NCBI GenBank assembly: GCA_002010215.1
Contig: MTMY01000007.1
Location: 62,001 to 114,273 of the forward strand
DNA from: Archaeoglobus sp. JdFR-37
GTDB taxonomy: Archaea > Halobacteriota > Archaeoglobi > Archaeoglobales > Archaeoglobaceae
Length of the DNA stretch: 52,273 nucleotides
Direction: 5' to 3'
The position numbers and the translations under genes were made by a program. Below, one piece after another: positions 29,567 to 39,400 of this stretch. How positions within the stretch are numbered: the stretch's first letter is position 1; each line of letters starts with the position of its first letter. The notes beneath the pieces are model-generated. The model did not search any database. It saw only the letters and a program-made list of their open reading frames with translations, and had not been told where the DNA came from.

Positions 29567-30939
29567 CAGTCAATTGGAATGAGTATTTTAAGAAAATCCT
29601 TCCAAATCTTTCTTCCATGAATTCGGTAATAGAAATTCTGAAAGCCGTAAAAGAGAGCGGAAGATACGAGCTTTTACAAATAATATTTCCGAAAATTAAT
29701 GGCATTATCGGTCATCTTAAATTTGATGATTTGCCCTCAGATGAAGTTTTTCGTAAGATTATTGACCTTCTAAGTGATTTAGATCTAGAGGAGTTGTTAG
29801 ATGTCTGTGCAGAATCAATTTTTGGCAACATCATCTGGCTCAACATGTTATGTGAAAAGGAAAACATAATCACGAACTCCAATATACATACTGTATTAAA
29901 AGTTTTAAATCTTAAAAAAATAGATGACGTGTGCTTCTTTCAACCCAATTTTGGAAAGAAAATCTTCCTACGCATCAGTGAAGGGATTAATTTGCCCAGA
30001 AATGAACTAAAAAAGGTCATAGATTCTTTGCTTATTTTATTTAGATTAGATCTATTAGAGAAGGACAAAGAACTTGTAGACTCATTCAGAACTCTCTACC
30101 TGGAGACAGATTTGCCAGATTCAAGAAAAATTCTACGTGAAATTGAAATAATTCTGGAGTCAGACGAGAGTACACTTATCAGTGAATACAACTCTATTTT
30201 CGGAGAGCATGTTCAGAGCATTGAAGAAGTTAATTGGAAACAATTTTTTGATTACTTAGTTGAAATAAATTGTCCTGTTTTCTTCGAACTCTCGAAAGTA
30301 AAGGTTGAAGGAGACAAATTTTACAATGGAAACTTCTTCGTATTGGTCTATAAGGACTTATCAGGAAATCTGAAATTATTGAAGCCCTTTTCCCGAATAA
30401 AGGTAGATAAAGTCCAAAAAATATTGGATATCAGCAGAAGTATTTGGGCTACTCCACCTGTAAGACCTGGAAAGATACTTTTGGAAGACATTTACTCTTT
30501 TAGGAACATCAGATTAATTTCAAGAGAAAATGCTTCAAAATTCATTTCGAGGGTCATAGACCTCAGTGAAGATGAAATAGAAGAAAAACTAAGAAAAATT
30601 GTAGGAGACATTGGCTCAACACCACATACATCCACAGAGGTAGTTGACTACTACACATACAATTTGAGAATAAGCAGTGAGGAGGATCTTAGAGAAGCTG
30701 GTGTAATAATAAAAGGAAAATCATTTGGTAAGCAGATTACACTAAAAAATGTGGCAAATCAAATTATTAAAGCTGTAACAAATGATAGATTTGACCTGAT
30801 AATCCTAATCCACATACCACAACTTGCAGATGACGTTAGAATCCACTTTGAACGACTATGTTTGCAATTTAACAAAATGTATGCTATAATTGGTCCAGAA
30901 GACCTAACCAGATTGTTTTTAGCGTATAATGTTATTTAA
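29563..30939 (+). CDS. Hypothetical protein with C-terminal restriction-endonuclease-like domain
   Basis: C-terminal E...TPH.STEVVD...GVIIKG...NQI...IIGPEDLTRLFLAY resembles Mrr-type PD-(D/E)XK folds. Confidence 0.55.
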   Translation: MTVNWNEYFKKILPNLSSMNSVIEILKAVKESGRYELLQIIFPKINGIIGHLKFDDLPSDEVFRKIIDLLSDLDLEELLDVCAESIFGNIIWLNMLCEKENIITNSNIHTVLKVLNLKKIDDVCFFQPNFGKKIFLRISEGINLPRNELKKVIDSLLILFRLDLLEKDKELVDSFRTLYLETDLPDSRKILREIEIILESDESTLISEYNSIFGEHVQSIEEVNWKQFFDYLVEINCPVFFELSKVKVEGDKFYNGNFFVLVYKDLSGNLKLLKPFSRIKVDKVQKILDISRSIWATPPVRPGKILLEDIYSFRNIRLISRENASKFISRVIDLSEDEIEEKLRKIVGDIGSTPHTSTEVVDYYTYNLRISSEEDLREAGVIIKGKSFGKQITLKNVANQIIKAVTNDRFDLIILIHIPQLADDVRIHFERLCLQFNKMYAIIGPEDLTRLFLAYNVI

Positions 30940-31011
30940 GACGAATAAACATAAATATCAATAACTACTACTTAAGAAGATGCATTGATCTAAGCTAGTA
31001 GTTCGAACCAA

Positions 31012-33414
31012 TCATTTTGTTTTTACCTCTATGGGTTTTTCGCATCTTGAGTTAGAACACCTCAAAATTTTCAAATCACGGTAATAATTGATAAAACGCC
31101 CGCATTCTGGGCAGAGAAATGCCTCGTGGAGTTCTTTGACACGATTACAAAAACTTTCTACTTCGTCAATAGAAACGTTTTCAGCCAGTATATTATTGTG
31201 GGAAAGGAGATTTCCCATAATTATCATTAGATCTAAATTTTTGAATCTTTCGAAAACATGTGCTTTGAACTGTTCATCTTTTATTAACTCCTTAACTCGT
31301 TTTTTGGCAGGATCATAGAGGTCTCCCACCGTATATCTTCCAGAACTCTTAAACGGCACAGGAGCCTGAGTTAGTTCACAAATTCTCTCAAGAAGCCATT
31401 CAAGATATTGCCTTCCCTCATTCCCCGCCCCAATCTTATCTCCTGAGACAATTTTTTCCTGTATTCTTTCCCACCTTGGCTTATAAGGTCTGATTATCGG
31501 TCCCGTGTCAACGCTCCAATCGACTATACTCAAATTCTTAAAGTTACCTTCTACGCCGTATGCCCTCTGAGCTGCACGTAATTGTTCATACCATACGCCA
31601 TCGTGGGTAGTTATAATAAGCTGTTTATCTCCGAATTCCTCAATCAACAATTTGCAGATATTTTCTCTATGCCTTGCATCCACTGTGGTGACGACATCGT
31701 CTAAAACGATTAAAGAACAACTCTCATTAAACTTTTTCACAAATGCGAGAAATATACACAAACCCAGTGAGTCAAGGTGACCCTCACTAGTCAACGCTCT
31801 GGGATCTTCCTTTTGACCAAAAGATTCTATTTTGAGTTCTGTACTCGCTCTTTTACCAAGCGCCACTATAAGTTCGATATTCCTGTGGGGTTCGTTTGGA
31901 TGAAGCAATGAGTAAAAACGTTGGATATCCCCTTGTATAGAATGGTAGATCTCCTGAACCTTCTGTTTTTTAACCTGTGAAAAAGTGGAATATATTTTCT
32001 CGGCAAGTTCGTAGAATTTTCTATAGTCTGCAAGTTCGGAGCTGAGCTTAGAGATGTCTTTAACTTTAATCTTTACTTGTTCAATCAAACTGATGATCTC
32101 CAACAGTTTTCTCTCTTCCTCCGTAAGCTCCATCTCTTCTAGTCTGGTTTTACATTTTGTCAGTATGGAACTTAACAATGTGTTGATTTCCTCTTTTTGC
32201 TGGTTAAATTTCTGAACTTGTATCCTATTTCTAAGTTCAGTAGCAGTTTCAATTTCACGCATAAAACTCCTCAGAAAATCAACTTTCCTCGGCAATTCAC
32301 TTTTTTCCTCAGATAGTTCTGTGAACGGGTCGATTTTAGTTAGTATGGATTGCAATTCGTCGACCAACATTTCTAATTTCCTCTTTACCTGAACAGAAAT
32401 TTCTCGAATCTCTGAGGCTCTTTCGGAAAGGCTACGAAGAATTCTGAGGCGCTCATGGAGTTTCGAAAGTAACCTTTCTCGATCAATTCTTTGTTCACAT
32501 AGAGGGCAAGTGTCTCTCTTCTCTTTTTCTAAGATACTTTTACCCACTTCAAGTAGCTTGGATTCGAGCAAACTTAATTCGGAGAGATCAAAACCTTCTA
32601 CTAAAAGCTGTTCTATCTTTTCATTGAGGTTTTCGAGTTCACCCACGACATCGTCTGGTTTCAATAAAGTTTCTAACGTACTTTTCACATCTTTTAACGT
32701 TTTAATTACCTCCATATTGACATCCTTCTTTATGGCCTTTAGTATTTCCTCAGAAACAGCGTCAAAGTCCTCAAAAGCTTCAATCTCGGGTAAGTTAGCC
32801 TCCCTTAGTATTTTATTTAAAGCCGGTAATATCTCCTCAATCTTTGTTATGGTCTCTCCCAAGCTTCTGGAAAGATCGGCAAACAGTGTGTCAATCCTAC
32901 TCTCTATAGATTCTACCTCGCCCCTCAAATTATCACGAAGCCGCATCATTTCGAGTTCTATTTCATCCAGCCGTTCTATGCCGATAATACTCCCTATTGC
33001 TCTAAAACGGTCTGCAGGCCGGCTCATAATAAATGCAAGAATCTGCGACCTGCGTAGGATGAAGGTTCCTTTTTGAGTTACCTGGAAGTAATCCTTAAAC
33101 TCCTCGGGTGGGGCTGGAGCTGAAGTAAAAGTTCTCGTCAAAGACACGTTACCCGGATTAAATGTTATTTCAATTCTCACATCTTCCGGACTGTAATGTA
33201 CATGAGGCCCGTGCCGTTGTAAGGATAAACCCTTCACCCCCTCCAGATGAAACACTTTCCCTGTAAAGAAGAATTCAATAGCATTTACTATCGAGCTTTT
33301 CCCCGTTCCGTTTTCCCCCCGTATAATGACACTTTTTCCATCCAGTTCCAGCTCTAAATCTGGAATTCCCCTGAAAGCGTGAATATTTATTGCTTTAATC
33401 GTTACTGGCATCAT
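31012..33414 (-). CDS. Rad50/SbcC/RloC-like ABC ATPase with zinc hook and C-terminal extra domain
   Basis: Walker A GENGTGKS, coiled coils, CPLC hook, signature TSEGH, Walker B IVLDD, H-loop TTHD, C-terminal GNLLSH and CPEC...C....C. Confidence 0.85.
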   Translation of the reverse strand: MMPVTIKAINIHAFRGIPDLELELDGKSVIIRGENGTGKSSIVNAIEFFFTGKVFHLEGVKGLSLQRHGPHVHYSPEDVRIEITFNPGNVSLTRTFTSAPAPPEEFKDYFQVTQKGTFILRRSQILAFIMSRPADRFRAIGSIIGIERLDEIELEMMRLRDNLRGEVESIESRIDTLFADLSRSLGETITKIEEILPALNKILREANLPEIEAFEDFDAVSEEILKAIKKDVNMEVIKTLKDVKSTLETLLKPDDVVGELENLNEKIEQLLVEGFDLSELSLLESKLLEVGKSILEKEKRDTCPLCEQRIDRERLLSKLHERLRILRSLSERASEIREISVQVKRKLEMLVDELQSILTKIDPFTELSEEKSELPRKVDFLRSFMREIETATELRNRIQVQKFNQQKEEINTLLSSILTKCKTRLEEMELTEEERKLLEIISLIEQVKIKVKDISKLSSELADYRKFYELAEKIYSTFSQVKKQKVQEIYHSIQGDIQRFYSLLHPNEPHRNIELIVALGKRASTELKIESFGQKEDPRALTSEGHLDSLGLCIFLAFVKKFNESCSLIVLDDVVTTVDARHRENICKLLIEEFGDKQLIITTHDGVWYEQLRAAQRAYGVEGNFKNLSIVDWSVDTGPIIRPYKPRWERIQEKIVSGDKIGAGNEGRQYLEWLLERICELTQAPVPFKSSGRYTVGDLYDPAKKRVKELIKDEQFKAHVFERFKNLDLMIIMGNLLSHNNILAENVSIDEVESFCNRVKELHEAFLCPECGRFINYYRDLKILRCSNSRCEKPIEVKTK

Positions 33415-33568
33415 TATACCCCCTTTTTATTACTTCAAAGATTCTCTCTTGAGATACTTCACCACTTTCCAATAATTCCTTCAATTTCTCAATAATAGAG
33501 CTAGGAATAGCTTCATCCTCACTTAATTTTCTAAAAAACTCCTCGAATATTTCCCCCTGAATTCCCAT
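33395..33568 (-). CDS. 57-aa helical partner protein of the ABC ATPase (not in ORF track)
   Basis: MGIQGEIFEEFFRKLSEDEAIPSSIIEKLKELLESGEVSQERIFEVIKRGYNDASND with GGTGGGG RBS. Overlaps the ATPase start. Confidence 0.7.
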   Translation of the reverse strand: MGIQGEIFEEFFRKLSEDEAIPSSIIEKLKELLESGEVSQERIFEVIKRGYNDASND

Positions 33569-33837
33569 TCTATCCCCACCCTGTTGATCAGCAAATTCAT
33601 CTGTTTAGCTTTTAAACTCTTTAATTTCCTCTCCTCTTTACCCCGATTCTAACTATATTGATTCTTTTGGCACGATATGGCATATTATGGATCATTTACA
33701 AATTTATTTTTTGTCCCAATTTAGATGATATGTAAATTTTATATTATCTCTAATTTAGGTGAGATGTAGGCATCTACACATACTTTTTATCTCCTCTTGA
33801 ATTTTGCAAATAGCCGCTTCTTCAACAATCCTTTCCT

Positions 33838-35313
33838 TTATTCCTCATCGAGAGTGCAATCAAAATGTTGCGATAATTTACTTTCAACTATTTTAAAACT
33901 GAAATTCAGTAGTTTTTCAGAAGTTGGTTTGTCAATGGCCTCTCCCTTATGAACGAATCTGTTTCTTTTGTTTTTCAGATCTATCAGCAATTCATAACTC
34001 TCATCATCCAATTTTCCAGCCAAATTTAAGGTCTCCAGTATATGATCTGTTCCCCATTGAACGGGATTTTTGAGTTTCCTTTTCCTATCACCAATAACTT
34101 GCCGCTCTTTAATAAAATCCTCCCAAAGTTCAGACAAATACCTCTCAACAATTAACCAGTTGATTATGAAGGAGTGGGAATACTCTGAGTTAGCATAATG
34201 TGTGTAACCTTCTATCAGGAAAATCAATAACTCAGCCAGCTTTTGATCTCTTGCCACAATTTCGGCTTTATTCAAAATCTCTTCTATAGTCTCTTTAGGT
34301 ACCTCTTTCCGTATGTAATAGAGAGTATCTCTCCTCCTTTCCATAAGGAGAGACCTCAAAGACGAGAACTGCCATGTGGTTGCGGTAATAGTTAAAGAGT
34401 CAGGATCTATCTTTATGTCAGCCAATTCCAGCTCCCTTGTAGACAGACAATCAATACCAGATATCAAGGCGATACCAAAGATCGTGTTAAGAATTCGAAG
34501 AGCTTCACTCTCATCTTCTGCTTCCACCCCCACAAAACCATCTGAATATACAACGAGCTTTTTGCCATTGAAATCGAAATCCAGTATTTTTGAGGGTGGC
34601 GGGTATAGTTGGCCAGAGAGCCTATCCCTAAAAGTCGTTTCAGGAGTCTCGCCAATCCAGATGGGCGGGTAGAAGTGGGCACCATAGCCCTTTATTTTAG
34701 GTTGAGGTTGGACTTTCTCTTGAACAGAGTCAGACTTGACCTTGCTGATCCTGACTCTTTGCTTAGCATCTTTGATAATCTTATTCACGAAATCCGCATA
34801 ATCAAATTCGTCCACCCTACCCCTTACGCACCAGAACCAGCTGTTGCTATCTATAACCATCCCGCCCATGTGTTTTGTTTTGAATTCGGTGAAAACGGAG
34901 TCCTTGATTAAATTTAGAAAACCACTAAGTCTGGTTGCAAACACATCAGAGCGCTTAACTTTACCTGTCTTTGCGCCATAATATAGCGAATCTTTCGGTA
35001 TTGGTTTCCTCCATCTCGGCTCGTTCATAATTTTCTCCATTTCGTTTATGAATTCGTGGCCATGGTAAGGCCCATTAATTATGATCTCCTTGTCAGGTCT
35101 GTCAGGATCGTGTGAAATGGCGATAATTTGGTATTCTAACGGTTCAGATAACCAGAATACTTCGATCTGGCATGGAGGGCCATAGTAATCAGCTTTAGTT
35201 ATGAACGACCTTTCTTCTTCGCTCAATTTATCAAACTCGGTTCTGAACAACTCGATTAGTCGTATAAACCAGGTTCGTATTTCATGTATGGTTTGTTTGC
35301 TCTCGGATGTCAT
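33838..35313 (-). CDS. HEPN-domain protein (putative RNase toxin)
   Basis: C-terminal helical domain with W..VE and an RxxxxH motif (RNRFVH). Start likely at 35313. Confidence 0.7.
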   Translation of the reverse strand: MTSESKQTIHEIRTWFIRLIELFRTEFDKLSEEERSFITKADYYGPPCQIEVFWLSEPLEYQIIAISHDPDRPDKEIIINGPYHGHEFINEMEKIMNEPRWRKPIPKDSLYYGAKTGKVKRSDVFATRLSGFLNLIKDSVFTEFKTKHMGGMVIDSNSWFWCVRGRVDEFDYADFVNKIIKDAKQRVRISKVKSDSVQEKVQPQPKIKGYGAHFYPPIWIGETPETTFRDRLSGQLYPPPSKILDFDFNGKKLVVYSDGFVGVEAEDESEALRILNTIFGIALISGIDCLSTRELELADIKIDPDSLTITATTWQFSSLRSLLMERRRDTLYYIRKEVPKETIEEILNKAEIVARDQKLAELLIFLIEGYTHYANSEYSHSFIINWLIVERYLSELWEDFIKERQVIGDRKRKLKNPVQWGTDHILETLNLAGKLDDESYELLIDLKNKRNRFVHKGEAIDKPTSEKLLNFSFKIVESKLSQHFDCTLDEE

Positions 35314-35317
35314 ATTC

Positions 35318-36409
35318 TCATAACTCCGAAACCTCTCCCAAAATCTGGTTTTTGACATTAATAATCGCTTTCATGACCTTATCAATTCTCGGCGCCCATT
35401 CATCAATCTTGAAACTAGGATACCTATTTACCCAATCTTCAGGAAATCTGAAGTCTGCTTTTTCTAGTTCTTCCTTCAACAATGTCGCAACCTTAGCGCC
35501 AATCTCGCTTTCAGATAACCAGCCAAAATTTAGCTGTAGGGTGCCGTTTGAGAAAACAGTATAGATTGACCTTGTACCCAACAATGGGTGTTTCGCGTTG
35601 AAAGACCCTTTGGCGAGACCCGTTCCCCAACCCAGTATGAAATTTTCTCTTGAGAATTCGTAGAAAGCCCTTAGAATCTCAAAATCTTCTTCACTTAACC
35701 TATTTCTTGCGTCATCAAAGAAGCTTTGTTCGTCCCAAGTTTTTCTACGTGGCGACGTTTTTATTCTTGTATATTCCATTCCAAAGATCTTTGGTATCAC
35801 GATATCAAAATCCCCATACCTATAGAACTCCAATTCAGCAGCGAAGATATCAAACTTGGAATTCTGATTTAGGTAGAGCAATATGTGTTTTAAATCCTCA
35901 GGAATCGTGTCCATCAGAACGACAAATATGAACCTTCCTTCAGCCAAGTTCTGTTTAATACCGCTGATAATGGAATCGACGTACTCCTTTCCAAATTCTG
36001 CCTCTAACTTCTGCGCTAAACCTACTCCCACCTGTTTTTCTAGCACTACATTCAAATCGTTCAAAAATTTATCAGGGTTTGTGGAGTACTTTGCCCACAA
36101 GCCTGCGCCGTATTCGAGTAGCTGGGCAATGACGCGCTTTTTATCGGGATTTTTGTAGAGTTTCGTTTCTATAATGTAAATATCACCGTCCTCGTCAATC
36201 CCTATAACATCCATTGAGCCAGTGGATTGACCAATATTGACTGAAAACTCTTTAACGAGTGTAACAAACCTTTTATCTTCTTTAATTTCTGAGATTGGTA
36301 TAATTTCCGGGTTGCTGTGTATGTAATCTTGGAGATCTTGCTCTAAACTAATCTTTGATTTTTCAAGTGCTTTCAACACCTTTCCGTTCTTAGACACGAT
36401 AACAACCAT
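35318..36409 (-). CDS. NucS-like PD-(D/E)XK endonuclease
   Basis: LEQDLQDYI..NP, MDVIGIDEDG..IIETK, VIAQLLEY. Confidence 0.8.
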   Translation of the reverse strand: MVVIVSKNGKVLKALEKSKISLEQDLQDYIHSNPEIIPISEIKEDKRFVTLVKEFSVNIGQSTGSMDVIGIDEDGDIYIIETKLYKNPDKKRVIAQLLEYGAGLWAKYSTNPDKFLNDLNVVLEKQVGVGLAQKLEAEFGKEYVDSIISGIKQNLAEGRFIFVVLMDTIPEDLKHILLYLNQNSKFDIFAAELEFYRYGDFDIVIPKIFGMEYTRIKTSPRRKTWDEQSFFDDARNRLSEEDFEILRAFYEFSRENFILGWGTGLAKGSFNAKHPLLGTRSIYTVFSNGTLQLNFGWLSESEIGAKVATLLKEELEKADFRFPEDWVNRYPSFKIDEWAPRIDKVMKAIINVKNQILGEVSEL

Positions 36410-36460
36410 TCTAAACACCCCTATCTCCAACTTTGGCTTAATATCTGCTCTCAACTTTCC

Positions 36461-39400
36461 TTAAATGTACATTCGCATCGAATCGACTCTAACTTCCAAT
36501 TTTCCTTGTTTCCATAACTCGTGTGGATTCTCGAGAGCAAAAAATTTCGGCTCTTTTGTTCCAACTTTGTGGACTACATAGATGTAATAGCTGCTACCCT
36601 GGCTCGCAGCGAACTTCCATTGATTTAGAGAAATTTCAAAGAAGTCTTTATTATCTTTAATCGTTGATTTGACCTCAATATATTTTTCTTTACCCTCTCT
36701 TACCAATTTGATATCATATTCCTTCATTGCATCTTCTTTGTGATTTAACCAATGAATCTCTGCCAAAATCTGTCCATGACGCTTTAACACAATCTTGCCT
36801 CCATCGTCAAGTTCTTCAATTTCTGCATCTTCGTATTTTTTCAGCAGATCCTCCTTAAGGTGAAGAAATACAAGTTCTTCACCCATACGGCCAACTTTTT
36901 TCCTATTTTCTTCACTCAAAGCACCGTATCTTTTACTCGATGGCTGCTCTATAGCATCTCTACTTTCGTGCTTAGTGGATAGGAATTCTATAAGTTTTAC
37001 ATCACCCTTCGGGCTTTCATCAAATTCTTCAGTTGGTTTTATGTATGTCACAGGTATCGAACTAACATCCACCTCACTCGGCTCGCATTCTGGTTTCCAC
37101 ACCTCACGTGATTTTTCTTCAACTTCCAGAAGCACACTAAGTTTAACGCTTTCATCAGATTTGTCAGCTTCCCAAGTATCTTCAACTGTTGACTCAATGA
37201 GTTCACTTTTTTGTTCCGATGGTTCGACGATTTGAATGCCCTCTTTTTCAGAAGGTCTTGCCCCCTCAGCTGGCCTCTTTTGTCTCTCTTTTTCCCCTCC
37301 TCGCAATGCAACTTCAAGAGTTTGTTCTTCAACGTGTTCAGACGACCCTTCTGTGCCATAAATCGCTTTTACATCGTCAATGTGCGACTTTAACACATTT
37401 TCAACCTCTTCTTGGGTTTCTACACTATATTCAGCCGATTCAGATGGTGAAGGTGTCATCTCAACTACTTCTGCAGGTGTTTCACTGATTTGCCCGCTGA
37501 TTGATGTATCTTCAGTTAGTTCTTCAGTGGACACTGTTGGAGCCCCCTCTTCTAAATCAAAAGGAGGTTCCTCGACCTTCTCAATTCCCTTACTGAGCAG
37601 AAACTCCTTAACGTATTCGATTGGTCTGTCGAAGCAGTTACTAAATACCTCATCAAAATCCTTGAATGTGGACAAGTACTTAGACAGAGCATCTTTTATT
37701 TGGAATAACGCTGAGTACTCATTCCGCGCTTTTTCGTCTTTGATGTATATCGTATTTCTAGATTCATCGTAAGCAGCTGTTATTTCGACCCCACTGGTTA
37801 TCTTTTCCCCATCAACTTCGTATACCATTTTAATTTTCTTCGCCTTTTTGACCTTTATTCCAAGGATCCTTGAGCAGAGGTCCTTTATTTTGTCAGTATC
37901 GATATCTAGCTTGCTCCTATAGTTCCAGATGGCAAAAACCAGAGATTCCTTTTTAAAGTCTATGTCGTAATCTTCTTCCCCTACTGGTATGCACTTGTAT
38001 GTACTTATTTCTTCAATATCTGTAAGTTCCTTGAGTAAGACCTCATAAACTGAACCCTTGATGTTTCTGTCCCTTAGTCTCCCCGGAGTTCTAAGCGTCT
38101 TCTCTTTAATCTCTAGTAGTAAATTGGTGGCAATATCCCCATTTAAACAGTAGAATTCAATATCGGACTTTAGCACAAACCGGTGATTCAGATTTAACAG
38201 CTTGTCTGTATTTAAAATCTCGTTACGAACTTCATAGCTATCGGCGTTCAGGTATACATTCAAAACGAATGCGACTTCGGCATCGCTCAGAGGTTCTGTC
38301 TTTTCTAATAACTTGGTATAATAATCGATGAAAATCTTTGGGGGGATAATTTCTGGAATTCCAAGGACTTTAACGAAGAAATCCCTGAACCTTTCGCCGT
38401 AGTAGTCTTTAAGGGGCGTAATCATTTTTAATATTGTCTCCCGCTGTTGCTTTTTGCTAAACCCCTCCTCCCTTATCTGTGACGTCCAGCAGACTCTCTC
38501 GACTGGTACGAGTTCAACTTGCGTATCCTTCCAGATCGGTATCTTTTTTAGCTTCTCTTTTATCTTATTCTTCGATTTTTCGTTTTTACTCACTTCCAGA
38601 TAGATCTTCCAGAGTATATCTTCTATTTCTTCTCTATCCCTACGATTTATTGCCACTTCCAGCCTTTTGAGTAAGTACTCAATATCGGGGGACCTATTGA
38701 GCTCTAGGAATTCTATTAAATCCGGTGGTAGAGGCAAGTTCTGATTAACGACAGGCAAACCTAATTTTCGATTGTCATCGGTGTTAACAAAAAGCTCAAG
38801 AGGAGAGCGGGGCTCACCGTTAGCATCTAACAACCAACACTCTTCTTTGAGCATCTTCCCAAATTTGCTCAATCCGAATAGTTGTTCACCTACGCTATAT
38901 GTACCTATCTTGTAAGAATAAAGCAATCTTAATTTTAGGAATTGTTTATACTCTTGCTTATAATCTTGCCGGTCTCTAAAGAACATACTGACAAGATCAT
39001 CGGTTCTCCCGAGTTCTTGCCAGTTTCTCAGGATCATATTGCTAAAATTGATAACGTAGTCTCTATCCTTTCTTCTGAGCTCTTTGATTATTTTGTCTTG
39101 GTGCTCCATTTCTCTATCAATTATTCCGAACACATAACCGGAAATTTTATTAGGATAAATATTACTATTATAAGGTTTTAGAGGCACACCTATAAAGAAT
39201 TCAATGCTAAAATCAATGTTATTTTCTTCAATGAATTCTTTAAGCTCCTCTTTTGCTTTTTCAACAGGGTTTATGTTCTGAGATTTAGGTAACTTGATTA
39301 TATTATCTTCATCATCTTTAACGTCCAACCTTTGTTTTACCCCCTGCCTCTCAAGAAACCGAAATATCATTTCCTTTTTGTCTTCAACGCTATCTCCTTC

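Noticed and set aside
31001..31010. GTTCGAACC as a possible attR/tRNA fragment
   Set aside because: Match to the tRNA T-loop is only 7 bp with no flanking identity.
31012..33414. Calling this the housekeeping rad50
   Set aside because: No mre11/herA/nurA neighbours, atypical SEGH signature, extra C-terminal domain and island location.
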